Part shown: positions 19,419 to 29,261 of the stretch, in pieces
Layout of the letters: each line of letters opens with the position of its first letter
Numbering within the stretch: the stretch's first letter is position 1
Source: Candidatus Sericytochromatia bacterium
GTDB lineage: Bacteria > Cyanobacteriota > Sericytochromatia > S15B-MN24 > JAQBPE01
Direction of reading: 5' to 3'
Assembly (NCBI GenBank): GCA_040400605.1
Contig: JBBAPZ010000013.1
Location: forward strand, 1 to 50,188
Length of the DNA: 50,188 nt
Notes under the pieces: model-generated
Database searches by the model: none
The model's input: the letters and a program-made list of their open reading frames with translations, nothing else
What the model was told of the DNA's origin: nothing
Program-made: the position numbers and the translations under genes

Positions 19419-21632
19419 TCACGCAGGTGATTGTCGGTCGATGCGAATGGTTTGTTGATTGGCGGGCCATGTCATTTGGTGGTAAACGGGTCTGCTTGGT
19501 TCTTTGGGGTCAGGAAGCGAGACCAGCGCTGTGGCTGGGTGTCTGATGGGTGTTGGGGTGGTGAGGCGGATGGCGTCTGGTAGGTGCTCGGTGTGGTAGG
19601 TGAATGGATAGCCTCCGAGCAGGGTGTGGCTGGTTGCAAGCAGATGGGGGTGTGGTTGCAGGGGGTGTCGAGAGAATAGGCAAACGCCGTGGGGGGGGAT
19701 GGTGTAGGATTGAGATGGTTGGTTGGGGTTGAAGGTGGTGGGACGGAACGGCCAGGATTCGATGAGGTGGTGCGGGTGGATGAAGGTTTTGAAATCCGGC
19801 CAGTCTGCGGGTGTGTAGTGCCAGGTGAGTGTGTGCTCGGACCAGTTGAAGCGGGCAAGGATGTCTGTTTGATGCGGCAGTTTCAGGTATAAGGCGTTTG
19901 GGAGTCCCTGGTGGGTGTCTTGCAGGGGCACTGCCGCTTTGGGTTGTTTGACGAGGGTACGTTGTAGCCAGTTGAGTCGTGTGGGGGGTACTTGGCTTAG
20001 GCGGTCGCTCACAAAGACATTGCCGCCAGACAGTGCAATGACCGTCAACATGGTTTGGATTTCGGCGTCGCTGAGTTCGTTGGTCAGGTTGGCGACGATG
20101 GCGCAGTCTGGATCGTTGATCCAGTACGTCCCGTTCATCCAATGACGGGCCAGTACACCGCGCATGGCATTGAGCGCTCCGGGTTCGCAGTCACTGGGTG
20201 GCTTGCTGTGCCAGTGGTGGGCGGTGTCGGAGCCCACCCGCATCGTGTCGACAAGTCCGACGCTGGCAAGCATTGGGGCGCCACATCCGCTAAGCGTGAC
20301 AGACGGCCCTGCGGCTTCGTTGATGTGACGCAGTCCGTTGCGGTAGGCTTGGATTGGGGTGATGGATGGGTCGTGTCGGCAGCCGTGGATGGCGCCGGCG
20401 TAGAGAAAGTCAAGTTTGAGGTAGCGATAGCCCCAAATTCGGGAGATGGTGTGAATGATGTGGCGCAGGTGGGCGATCGCTTCCGGGTGCGTGAGGTCGA
20501 GTGCGTAGGTGGGTTGATTGCCCCAGTGGGTGAAGTGGTTGATGGGTGTTCCCGTCGCGTCACGGAGGAGCCAATCCGGGTGGTGCTTGGCGAGTTGCGC
20601 GTGTGCTGAGACGCAAAATGGAGCCAGCCAGAGGCCTGGGGTGTGGTTTTTTTGGGTGATGGTTTGGGCGATCGCCGCGGGATGCCCGTCAAAACGTGCG
20701 TTGGGCGTGAGCCAGTCACCCACGGCTTGTTGGTAGCCATCGTCGAGTAGCACGACCTGCAAATCCAGGTTATTGTCCGCGTGGGTGAGATGTTCCAGAT
20801 TTTCGACGATGTCTTTGGCTTGGATGTTTTCGAAATAATGGTACCAGGAACACCATCCGAGTTGACGCTGCTTGGTTTTTTTGCCGCGCATAACAAAGCT
20901 GCTCAGTGCGGCATAGGCGTGTAACGCATCCGTTGCTTGGGCATCAATCAGGCACCAGGTATCGAGCCTGAGGCGTTGTCCGGGTCGCAATGATAAGGTG
21001 CCGAGTGGCTGGCTGGCGCTTAGATGTGCGTTTTGCGTCCAGTCCGGCGTCAGGCGGATCACCCCGGTGGCGGTATGTGCACTGATGAAACTCATCCATA
21101 ATTGTTGCGAATCCGTCTCAACTTCAAGGTAGTCTGGCTGCACAATCCCCATGTCTGTGCCCGTACTCCCCGGCGCACGCATCATCGCAGGGCGTGGCAG
21201 CGCTAGCTGATCCGCCAGCGCCATCTTTGGGGTTGCGGGACTCCAGGATTGATAACCACTTTGACGCAGTTGTCGTGGCACAGCGCTTTGTGGCCAGCGC
21301 GCCGCAAACAGGGTGCAACCCGCCACAGTCACACGGTGGGGACTTTGGTTCTGGATGTTCGCCCAACACAGCAAGGCCGGACCGCGCGTGTAGATGCGCC
21401 ACTGCACGCTGAGCCCCTCTGTCAATTGATTGATGGACCATAACCCGATTGGCCCGGTTGGGTGAGCCTTTTGTGTATCAAGGTGCAGCGTGCGGTCCCC
21501 AGCCAATGACAGGTGCACATCAAGGGTTTGCAGTAAGGGTTGGTGGTGTGCGTCGAGGATGACAAGTCCTTGTGGCGTCAGCTTGGGGGTGAAAGCGGGT
21601 GGCCCCGTAAGAATCTGCGCAAGGTGTTTCAT
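19419..21632 (-). CDS. Glycoside hydrolase family 36 alpha-galactosidase-like protein
   Basis: GWCSWY, LDDGYQ, PGLWLAPF, YLKLDF (nucleophile Asp), MRVGSD, NDPDC. Confidence 0.88.
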   Translation of the reverse strand: MKHLAQILTGPPAFTPKLTPQGLVILDAHHQPLLQTLDVHLSLAGDRTLHLDTQKAHPTGPIGLWSINQLTEGLSVQWRIYTRGPALLCWANIQNQSPHRVTVAGCTLFAARWPQSAVPRQLRQSGYQSWSPATPKMALADQLALPRPAMMRAPGSTGTDMGIVQPDYLEVETDSQQLWMSFISAHTATGVIRLTPDWTQNAHLSASQPLGTLSLRPGQRLRLDTWCLIDAQATDALHAYAALSSFVMRGKKTKQRQLGWCSWYHYFENIQAKDIVENLEHLTHADNNLDLQVVLLDDGYQQAVGDWLTPNARFDGHPAAIAQTITQKNHTPGLWLAPFCVSAHAQLAKHHPDWLLRDATGTPINHFTHWGNQPTYALDLTHPEAIAHLRHIIHTISRIWGYRYLKLDFLYAGAIHGCRHDPSITPIQAYRNGLRHINEAAGPSVTLSGCGAPMLASVGLVDTMRVGSDTAHHWHSKPPSDCEPGALNAMRGVLARHWMNGTYWINDPDCAIVANLTNELSDAEIQTMLTVIALSGGNVFVSDRLSQVPPTRLNWLQRTLVKQPKAAVPLQDTHQGLPNALYLKLPHQTDILARFNWSEHTLTWHYTPADWPDFKTFIHPHHLIESWPFRPTTFNPNQPSQSYTIPPHGVCLFSRHPLQPHPHLLATSHTLLGGYPFTYHTEHLPDAIRLTTPTPIRHPATALVSLPDPKEPSRPVYHQMTWPANQQTIRIDRQSPA

Positions 21633-21766
21633 GGCGCCCAGCGTATGGGGCGATGACGCGTTGCGACAAGTTGCGAGCAGTCCTAAAAGGACCGGTTGCG
21701 GGCGTGGGTGCGCAAAAGGTTCTATAATCTGTTGGGTGATGTTGGTTGAGAGTGAGACAGGATTGG

Positions 21767-22399
21767 ATGGCGGGCTTTTTGAGGGAATGTCGGCGTTGCT
21801 TGGCCACTGCGTGTCTGGTTTGGGCGGTCGCCACGCCGGAAGCCGATGCGCTGGCAGCTAAACCCGTTGGCTATTTGGAGCGGGGGCGCATGGAGTCGGT
21901 CGAAGGGGTTGTCACCTTTGTTTCAGACAGCGAAGCCGAGCTAACTGGTGGGCGTTATCTGCGCTTGCATGATGTGACCTCGCGGGTGTTCTATGGGGTA
22001 GGTGCCCACCCGGTTCTGGATCATTGGTGGCCCGCGTACTCGGCGAATGGCACGTTGTCAGATATCATTACCGTGTCTGCGGGCGGCTTGAGTTACTTGG
22101 AGCGCTACCAGACAGAGGCGCGTCAATCAGAGGGTTTTGCCCGTTTGGCTTGGTTGGGGCTTCTGGGCGGGACCGTCGGGCTTGCCGGTTCGTTGATTTA
22201 TAACGCGCTGCCCGGCAATACGCGGGAGGTGCAGCCGGCGTTGTTAATCGGTTCAGGCTTGCTGACGGCGCTTGGCGGGGTTGGGTTTGTGTCCGTCACG
22301 TTGGGCACGGCGACCCACGATGCGTTGCTGGATCAGGCGATCGCCGCGTACAACCGCGACTTGACGATCGTGCGCAACCGCCGCGGCACAGCCCGGTGA
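21767..22399 (+). CDS. Hypothetical exported/membrane protein
   Basis: Signal-like N-terminus and two Gly/Leu-rich TM segments near the C-terminus; start uncertain. Confidence 0.65.
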   Translation: MAGFLRECRRCLATACLVWAVATPEADALAAKPVGYLERGRMESVEGVVTFVSDSEAELTGGRYLRLHDVTSRVFYGVGAHPVLDHWWPAYSANGTLSDIITVSAGGLSYLERYQTEARQSEGFARLAWLGLLGGTVGLAGSLIYNALPGNTREVQPALLIGSGLLTALGGVGFVSVTLGTATHDALLDQAIAAYNRDLTIVRNRRGTAR

Positions 22400-22707
22400 T
22401 TGACATTGCGACAATGTCGCATCACGGGTGGCAGCAATCGGGCTCGACCATCGCTGTCAGCGCCACAAGGAAGGATTGCCTCGCCACAAAACCCTCGATT
22501 TTCGCAGCTTTTGTTGGCGTGGGCTCCCCGTCGATTCGTTGGCAGTGCAAAATATACAATCAACAGAACCAGCGGTTTCGGTTTGTACGTGAGCGTCACG
22601 GGCCAATTTTACAAGGACTTGTCGGGTGCTGTTCCACCTGATGACGTGTCGAGCGTGCGTTGAACCGGCTTTTGAGGAGTTCAACGTGAAATTTCGATGG
22701 GATTGAT

Positions 22708-24153
22708 TCAGGCACCTTGCAGACGCAGGTCGTAACGCAGGAAGGCAAGCCAGGCAGCGAGCATGGCCAACGCGCATAGAACCAGGAGTATGCCGATGTG
22801 TCTGAACGCTCGATTTAGGTCTGTTTTTGCGTACGCATTGCCGGGGTTAAACGGTGGCAATTCATTCCAGGTTGGGCGCGTGTCGATGCCAGTGATCAGC
22901 CTTTGCTCCGGCCAGCGTCGCAGTTCGCGCGCGTAGGCATCGACGGCGTCGATGAACGCGCGGTGTCGCGCACCGTCGGTGCCTGCCAGTTCTGCCGTCG
23001 CAAGCTGGTAGACAAGGGTCGGAGATAGCGCGGCCAGCGTTTGCAGTGAGTGTTCACGCGCCACGCGTATGGTTTTGTCGATTGCAGTGACGTGATCGAT
23101 TCTGGCAAAAAACTCGTCATAGTACGCCAGGCGAAGTCGCGCGGCATCGACACCTTTAGGTGTCGCTCCGAGATGCCCATTTTTGTAGGCTGTCACTTTC
23201 TTGCGATAGTTTACAAGCGATTGGGCGCGTAAGGCGGGTATTTTTTCTTCCAGTAGCGCTGAAGCGGTTACTGGATGCCGCGAGGCTGCTTCTGCAGCAA
23301 TTACCTTTGGAGCGGCCAGGGCCACCACGAGCCATAAACTGGCCAGTGCGACAACCGACGCGGCGCTTGAGCGGGCCATGGCGGAGACGGCGATGGATGC
23401 GGTGGTCCAGAACATCAGATAGGCCAAGCCAATCAACATAAACAGGACTGCACGCGTCAAACCATCCCACGATGCCGCGATGTTGCCTGTCGCGCCTAAA
23501 ACCGTAACCCCCAGCAGCAACGGTAACCACAATGTGCAGCAAACGACAGCGAAAACCCCCAGCAACTTGCCCAGCAAAAAAGTCCCGCGTCCGAGTGGGT
23601 TCGCAAAATGCAGTGCGAGGGTACCGCGTTCTTTTTCAGCCGAAATGCCATCGAAGCCAAGCGCAATGGTGAGCAATGCGCCCGCGACGCCGACCAATCC
23701 GGCGAGATCGAGGGTGCCGAAAAGGATACCAAGGGGCGTCAGTTCACCCTTGCGGCCCTCCAATTCACGTTGATGATAGTTTGCCGGCGCCGCCCACGTG
23801 CCAACGGCATCTGAAACGCCAGCGGCCAATGCGCGTCCTGGTGCTGGTGGAAGATGCCTGACAATTGGATGTTCAGCTGCGAGATCCACCGGACGCCAGG
23901 GGTCTGACCCATAGGCTGCGCGCCAGTCCGAAAATGCAACGATGACTGCTGCTTCCCCTGCATCATACGCTTGCCACTCCGCTTTGCATGCTGTCGCGCC
24001 GGACCAGGTGGCAAGGGCCACAAGCACTATCCAGAATATTGTGATCAGACGTCCCCGCCAGCCCGTGAGTGTCGTTTTCAGCACCCGGCTCGCGATGGTG
24101 ATTGCGAGGTTCAAGTGGGCTTGTGAGGAAGCGGAAGTGTAAAAATCGGTCAT
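22708..24153 (-). CDS. ABC-2 type transporter permease (DUF3526-like)
   Basis: GFDGISAEKERGTL motif, large extracytoplasmic loops, C-terminal FLRYDLR. Confidence 0.88.
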   Translation of the reverse strand: MTDFYTSASSQAHLNLAITIASRVLKTTLTGWRGRLITIFWIVLVALATWSGATACKAEWQAYDAGEAAVIVAFSDWRAAYGSDPWRPVDLAAEHPIVRHLPPAPGRALAAGVSDAVGTWAAPANYHQRELEGRKGELTPLGILFGTLDLAGLVGVAGALLTIALGFDGISAEKERGTLALHFANPLGRGTFLLGKLLGVFAVVCCTLWLPLLLGVTVLGATGNIAASWDGLTRAVLFMLIGLAYLMFWTTASIAVSAMARSSAASVVALASLWLVVALAAPKVIAAEAASRHPVTASALLEEKIPALRAQSLVNYRKKVTAYKNGHLGATPKGVDAARLRLAYYDEFFARIDHVTAIDKTIRVAREHSLQTLAALSPTLVYQLATAELAGTDGARHRAFIDAVDAYARELRRWPEQRLITGIDTRPTWNELPPFNPGNAYAKTDLNRAFRHIGILLVLCALAMLAAWLAFLRYDLRLQGA

Positions 24154-24160
24154 GCAGTGT

Positions 24161-25573
24161 TTATCTCAGATCATAGTGTTTGAAGCGAAAGAAACAGAGA
24201 AGCAGGATGATGAGCCACATACAGAGCATTGTCGCGACAGATGCACTTTGTTGTATCCAGATCCTTTGACTGGCCGTTTCCTTGAATTGAAACGGTGCGA
24301 CTGAGGGATAATCACTGAATTCGGCTATGCCGCGATCCTCAAGACGATTCAACCGTTCGAGAAACGCGCTGCGCCAGGCTGACGCTTGATTCAAAAATTC
24401 ATGGTGGCGTTGACCATCCGTGCCTGCGAATCCTGCGGCGATGCGAAAATAAAGACTTGTGGGCGAGATACAGCCAAACGCATCAAGTTTGGTAAGCTGA
24501 CGTTCCCGCCAATTGGCAATGGGTGCGTCTGCCTTGGCCTGCGCTCGTGCAGCCGCTGCGTCTATGATGTCCCGCACTGCAGCGGGTCCCTCAGTGGTGG
24601 TTATCGCGCCCGCCCCTTTCAGGCCACCGCTAGCCTTCAGTGTCTCGACCATCGCCTCTTGCTGGCGCCGCAGCCGGACTTCTTCGACGCGAATGGCCAT
24701 GCGAGCGGGAGAGGTTGCAGGTATAGGATCCCCAAGCTCCGCAATCGTCGCAACAGCACGAGGCGCAATGACCACCAGCGCGATCCATAAAACCACTGCT
24801 GCAAGGGTTGCTGAGGCGACGCGTGCGGAAAAAACGGAGCAGGCCGCACCAATCGTGATCCACACGGCCAGGTAGATTGCTGACAGGAACAAGAAACCAC
24901 CGAGTCGACCCATCACGTCGTTTGGCGCGCTACTGGCCATCCCCTCATACAACCCCGATGGTCCCAGCACAACACCGCCTGCAATCATCAAGGCCAGGCT
25001 GGCCGCCAGGGTAACTGCCACAAGGAAACCTGTCGTTCGACCGGCAATTTTTGCAAGCAACCAGCGATTTCTGCGCACAGGGTTTGCAAAGGTCAGACGA
25101 AGGGTACCCCGTTCCTTCTCCCCTGCGACGAGGTCTGAGCCGGCGAGCACAGCCAGCAACGACAGGATGACACCAATAACGAAAGCGGTATCAAGCGTGC
25201 CGATGGCCTGCGCGAATGGTGCATCGGCCGCGCTGGTGCCTTTGGCCGGAAGGAGTCGGTGGGCATCCGTTACAAGATGACCGGGAAGTATGCCGTCTGC
25301 ACCAGCAACCAGGCTCGCCAATGGCGCTGTCGGTTTGGCGAGCAAGACCGGAAAGTGGGCTGCGCCGTGCGGGTTTTGGGGTGGCTGAGCGAGCCAGGCT
25401 TGGCGGTTCTTTGCGGTTGACACCGCCACAGCACTGGCCGTTACTCCCACACGTTCGTTCCCCTGAGTGAACGCCACCACGAAAAACAGGCTTGCAACCG
25501 CTATCACGAGGCCCGCGCGCACGTCGCGAGTGGCTTGCAACAGCTCCAACCAAAAGATTGTGAAATATCTCAT
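24161..25573 (-). CDS. ABC-2 type transporter permease (DUF3526-like)
   Basis: QNPHGAAHF, GEKERGTLRL, paralogous to the neighbour, C-terminal FKHYDLR. Confidence 0.88.
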   Translation of the reverse strand: MRYFTIFWLELLQATRDVRAGLVIAVASLFFVVAFTQGNERVGVTASAVAVSTAKNRQAWLAQPPQNPHGAAHFPVLLAKPTAPLASLVAGADGILPGHLVTDAHRLLPAKGTSAADAPFAQAIGTLDTAFVIGVILSLLAVLAGSDLVAGEKERGTLRLTFANPVRRNRWLLAKIAGRTTGFLVAVTLAASLALMIAGGVVLGPSGLYEGMASSAPNDVMGRLGGFLFLSAIYLAVWITIGAACSVFSARVASATLAAVVLWIALVVIAPRAVATIAELGDPIPATSPARMAIRVEEVRLRRQQEAMVETLKASGGLKGAGAITTTEGPAAVRDIIDAAAARAQAKADAPIANWRERQLTKLDAFGCISPTSLYFRIAAGFAGTDGQRHHEFLNQASAWRSAFLERLNRLEDRGIAEFSDYPSVAPFQFKETASQRIWIQQSASVATMLCMWLIILLLCFFRFKHYDLR

Positions 25574-26286
25574 GCCGGTACCGATTTTCCAGCCATGGTT
25601 TCAACATATAGCTGTTCGAGATTCGCAACGCGGAGCGATTCGCCTTCGAGCTTCGCAACGAGACGTCCGCAACGCATGATACCAACCTTGTCCGCCAAAA
25701 CCCGCGCACGGAACAAATCGTGGGTGCTCATGAGGATTGCCTTGCCGTTGGCCTTCAGCGCAGCGATTGCTTGCTGCAACTCTGTAGCCGCGAGCGGATC
25801 GAGCCCAGAAAAGGGCTCATCGAGAAAAAGTGCTGATGCACCTTTGGCAAAGGCAATCGCAAGTCCGCATTTTTGCCTCATCCCCTTGGAGAGAAATCTC
25901 ACCTGTCGTTCGAATGCCTCCGTTGGAAGCCCCAAAGCCTCCAACGCGCCATATGCATCAGTCTTTGACAGCCGCCGACCGCTCAGCTCAACAAAATATT
26001 GCAGGTTTTCGCGCGCGGTTGCATGGCCGTATAGCATCACATTCTCCGCGACATATGCGACATGCCGCTTGGCCTCGACCGGGTTGGCCGCAACATCGAT
26101 TCCAACAACACGAGCCTCTCCGGCACTTGGCGGAACGAAGCCCAAGAACAGGTTGATGGTCGTACTTTTTCCGGCGCCGTTACCCCCGAACAACGCATAG
26201 ACCTCCCCTGGCTGGACGGTGAGGTCTAATCGATCCAGCGCGAGATGATCACCGTATCGCTTGGTTAAACCCACTGCCTCAATCAT
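25570..26286 (-). CDS. ABC transporter ATP-binding protein
   Basis: GGNGAGKST, LSKGMRQK, LFLDEP, STHD; GGAG 9 nt before ATG 26286. Confidence 0.95.
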   Translation of the reverse strand: MIEAVGLTKRYGDHLALDRLDLTVQPGEVYALFGGNGAGKSTTINLFLGFVPPSAGEARVVGIDVAANPVEAKRHVAYVAENVMLYGHATARENLQYFVELSGRRLSKTDAYGALEALGLPTEAFERQVRFLSKGMRQKCGLAIAFAKGASALFLDEPFSGLDPLAATELQQAIAALKANGKAILMSTHDLFRARVLADKVGIMRCGRLVAKLEGESLRVANLEQLYVETMAGKSVPA

Positions 26287-26326
26287 GGTGTCCATCTCCA
26301 GCTCAATCAAACCCGCAACCATACGC

Positions 26327-26383
26327 TTGACAGCATTAAGGTTATTAATGCAATAATGTAGCATTAGTGAATGGGTGTGGCAA
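26327..26383. promoter_or_regulatory. Divergent overlapping promoters covered by a Fur/Zur-like palindrome (26346-26366)
   Basis: Minus strand TTGCCA-17-TACATT with extended TG; plus strand TTGACA (26327-32), 19 nt, AATAAT; palindrome TAATGCAATAATGTAGCATTA. Confidence 0.7.
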
Positions 26384-26446
26384 GCATTGGGTCAGGTCGA
26401 GCGTTTCGTCTGAGCGTGCTTGTTGTTTAGGAGAGGGGATTTTTAA

Positions 26447-26584
26447 GTGAACAGATTGTTTGGCTGTGTTGCTCTGGCTGCGTTGGTGTTCGTTTCGTTC
26501 AGTGGCGCGGTTGAGGCACACGATGATTGTGGAGACCCGGATTGTAATCGTGGTGGCAAAGGCAAGATCGCAAGCATTAACTGA
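26447..26584 (+). CDS. Small secreted His/Asp/Cys peptide, 45 aa (absent from ORF track)
   Basis: MNRLFGCVALAALVFVSFSGAVEA/HDDCGDPDCNRGGKGKIASIN; SD AGGAGAGGGG 8 nt before GTG; Sec-type signal ending V-E-A; upstream promoter and downstream hairpin. Confidence 0.75.
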   Translation: MNRLFGCVALAALVFVSFSGAVEAHDDCGDPDCNRGGKGKIASIN

Positions 26585-26613
26585 TGCCTGCGGGCGTCTC
26601 CTAGGGAGCCTGT

Positions 26614-26653
26614 GGCTGCCTGTCATCAATGGCGATGACAGGCAGTTGTGTTT
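26614..26653 (+). terminator. Terminator-like hairpin after the small peptide gene
   Basis: 12-bp perfect stem CTGCCTGTCATC-AATGGC-GATGACAGGCAG then TTGTGTTT. Confidence 0.7.
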
Positions 26654-26657
26654 ATAA

Positions 26658-26774
26658 AGTGACGCAGCGGTTTTTGTTCAAGACTTGTCAAACAGACCCA
26701 AAACACCGGCACTGACTCGCTATTTTTGAACAGCAGCCAAAATTTGATCACCAGCCAACGCATTTCTGCATGGC
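26658..26774 (+). repeat. Dispersed degenerate intergenic repeat, copy 3
   Basis: AGTGACGCAGCGGTTTTTGTTCAA is identical over 24 nt to 37049-37072; internal TGTTCAA..TTGAACA inverted repeat. Confidence 0.8.
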
Positions 26775-26846
26775 TGGTGATTGTTTTGTGTATCAGCAAA
26801 TCTTGCCCTTCGGGGCTTTGAGCCCTGGATGGCAGGTCGTCGCAGC

Positions 26847-28034
26847 CTATAAGGATTCAAGGGCTGAATGGCTGTCCAGAATCCGCCACGCGGCGTGTTG
26901 CGCGCCAACGATGTTTCGCGCGATTGGTCCTATTTCGAGTTCAGCGAAGGGGCCCATGACTTGAATGCGTGGATGCCAGCGCAGTTCTGTATCCACGATG
27001 GGATAGCCACATGGTGCCAGCGGAAGCTCCTCGCGGGAAATGAACGCGTCGAGCCAGGTTGCGCCGGGGCGTCTGCCAGAAAAGCCGGTTGCCAACAGAA
27101 TCTGGTCAGCGCACAAGGTGGCGCCGTTTGCGCCTTGCAAGACGGCTTGGTCGCCAAATCGCGCGGCGGAGACAATGTCGGTGGTGACCCTTTGCAAGAT
27201 TCCTTGGCGTTCGGCAGTATCGATTGCTGTCAGTACATCTTCGGGTACGGAACCGGGCCGTCTTGCCTCACGAATGGCCTTGCGTCGCAAGATGGGATCG
27301 CGTAACTTTCGAAATGGAGCGAGCAGGCGTGGTGTTGACCATCCAGGATCGCTGTCTAACAGGTGTACCCGCGGTGCGTGGCGCAAAATCAAGGTTACCT
27401 TGCCGGGTCTTTGATTCGCCAGCGCGAGGGCGAGTTGATGGGCGCTTATGCCGCCGCCGATCACCACCAGGTGTTGCCAATCCCTGATTCCGTGACGTTG
27501 AAAATTCGGTTCAAAGACGTGTCGCACCGACACACCGCTTTCTCGCAGGGTTCTCGCCCACGCAGGCCAGACGCACGCCTCGCAACCGCCAGTGGCCAAA
27601 ACAACACGGCGCGCCGCGATGACCCCCGCTCTGGTCTCAACTTCGACGTGGTTGGTTTTTAGGCGCAAATCCTGAGCAGCATCCTGTATCCGCAGCTGTT
27701 GCAGGCCGTGCTTTTCGATCACACGACCCGCATGGGCTGAAAAAAGAGCCAAAGACGGTCTTCGGTATGGCTCCAGAAAGGCCTGCGATCGCAGGTCCGG
27801 CGTCTCGGACGCAAAATACTGCAAAGCCATCGGGTCCGTGTCCAAATGATAGGGAGCTGGCGATCGCAAATAACGCATGCCAACATTCAATGCACGCCGC
27901 GTCCAAGCTGCCAACGGTACCGGATGCGGATCAAGCACACGGACGCGGTCGCGACGTCTGCCCGCTTCACGTGTCAATTGCATTGAAAGATGAGTCCCGT
28001 GAATCCCACCGCCAATAATCAACCAATCCAACAT
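26847..28034 (-). CDS. FAD/NAD(P)-binding oxidoreductase, class B flavin monooxygenase (N-hydroxylase)-like
   Basis: Two Rossmann motifs IIGGGIHG and VIGGGISA; VLATGG and LLATGF motifs. Confidence 0.85.
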   Translation of the reverse strand: MLDWLIIGGGIHGTHLSMQLTREAGRRRDRVRVLDPHPVPLAAWTRRALNVGMRYLRSPAPYHLDTDPMALQYFASETPDLRSQAFLEPYRRPSLALFSAHAGRVIEKHGLQQLRIQDAAQDLRLKTNHVEVETRAGVIAARRVVLATGGCEACVWPAWARTLRESGVSVRHVFEPNFQRHGIRDWQHLVVIGGGISAHQLALALANQRPGKVTLILRHAPRVHLLDSDPGWSTPRLLAPFRKLRDPILRRKAIREARRPGSVPEDVLTAIDTAERQGILQRVTTDIVSAARFGDQAVLQGANGATLCADQILLATGFSGRRPGATWLDAFISREELPLAPCGYPIVDTELRWHPRIQVMGPFAELEIGPIARNIVGAQHAAWRILDSHSALESL

Positions 28035-28040
28035 AAGCGG

Positions 28041-29261
28041 CTATGCCACCACCGAAGAAGACGCCACTTGCCAATGCGGGATCGGGTCAGCAAACGCTGA
28101 CCACGCCGCTCGCCCAAGGGCCATTTCTTCATCGGTTAACAGACATGACTCGAGCATAGCGCGCAAACGGGCTTCATCCATGTTCGCGCCGATGATGGCA
28201 ATCTCCTGTCGGCGATCGCCATACGGCCCTTCAAAACTGGCCAGCATGGCCTGCCTGACACTCGCTTCCTCAGGCCACTCACTCTCCGGTACCGCTGACC
28301 AGAACAAGCCACCAGGCTGCAGTTGGCACGCACCCCCCGCCTGACTCCACAAACCGGCGTAATCCGGACGGGTGGCAAGCCAGAAGAAACCTTTCGAACG
28401 AATGACGCCCGTCCACTGCTCATTGAGTATCTCCCAAAATCTTGCCGGATGAAGTGGACGCCTGGCCCGCCAAACAAAAGAGCCAATACCGTAGGTATCA
28501 CTCTCCGGCACCTCTTCGCCGCGCAGCGCCGTCATCCACCCCGGCGCCGCCGCGGCTGCCTCGGGATCAAAACGCCTGGCATCAAGCAAGCGATCCAAAG
28601 GGACACGCCCCATACTCGCTGTCACAATCTCCGCACGCGGATTCAATGCCCGTAAAACAGCCTCCAGTTGTGAAAGATCCGCTGATGGGACCAAATCCGC
28701 CTTCGAAACAACCAGCAGGTCCGCGAATTCCACCTGGTCCACCAGCAAGTCAACAACCGTTCGCTCATCAGTATCATCAAGCGCCGCGCCACGCGCGTGC
28801 AAACTGTCAGCCGCCTCGTAATCAGCCAAAAATTGCGTGGCATCCACGACCGTCACCATCGTATCCAGCCTTGCGATATCAGATAGGGCGTTGCCATCAG
28901 CATCAGCGAATGAAAAAGTTTCAGCAACCGGCATCGGCTCCGATATACCAGTCGACTCGATCACCAGATAATCAAATCGACCCGACTCCGCCAGACGGCG
29001 CACCTCTTTCAGCAAATCCTCACGCAACGTACAGCAGATACAACCATTGGTCATTTCCACCAACCGCTCTTCAACACGCTCAAAGTGTATCTCCCGCGCG
29101 ATGAGCGCCGCATCGATGTTAACCTCGCTCATGTCATTGACAATCACCGCCACACGACGACCTTGCGTATTGGACAATATGTGCGTCAATAAGGTCGTCT
29201 TACCAGCACCTAAAAATCCCGACAAAACCGTTACCGGCAATTTATCTGTCGTATGTGTCAT
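28041..29261 (-). CDS. COG0523 (G3E) zinc metallochaperone GTPase, ZigA/YciC-like
   Basis: [14 protein letters not shown] (CxCC), ESTG, SKAD, Cob[11 protein letters not shown]. Confidence 0.95.
   Translation of the reverse strand: MTHTTDKLPVTVLSGFLGAGKTTLLTHILSNTQGRRVAVIVNDMSEVNIDAALIAREIHFERVEERLVEMTNGCICCTLREDLLKEVRRLAESGRFDYLVIESTGISEPMPVAETFSFADADGNALSDIARLDTMVTVVDATQFLADYEAADSLHARGAALDDTDERTVVDLLVDQVEFADLLVVSKADLVPSADLSQLEAVLRALNPRAEIVTASMGRVPLDRLLDARRFDPEAAAAAPGWMTALRGEEVPESDTYGIGSFVWRARRPLHPARFWEILNEQWTGVIRSKGFFWLATRPDYAGLWSQAGGACQLQPGGLFWSAVPESEWPEEASVRQAMLASFEGPYGDRRQEIAIIGANMDEARLRAMLESCLLTDEEMALGRAAWSAFADPIPHWQVASSSVVA

Noticed and set aside
26345..26657. Track ORFs 26345-26629 (minus) and 26460-26657 (plus)
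   Set aside because: No SD or motifs; the overlapping frame 26447-26584 has an SD, a signal peptide and a terminator
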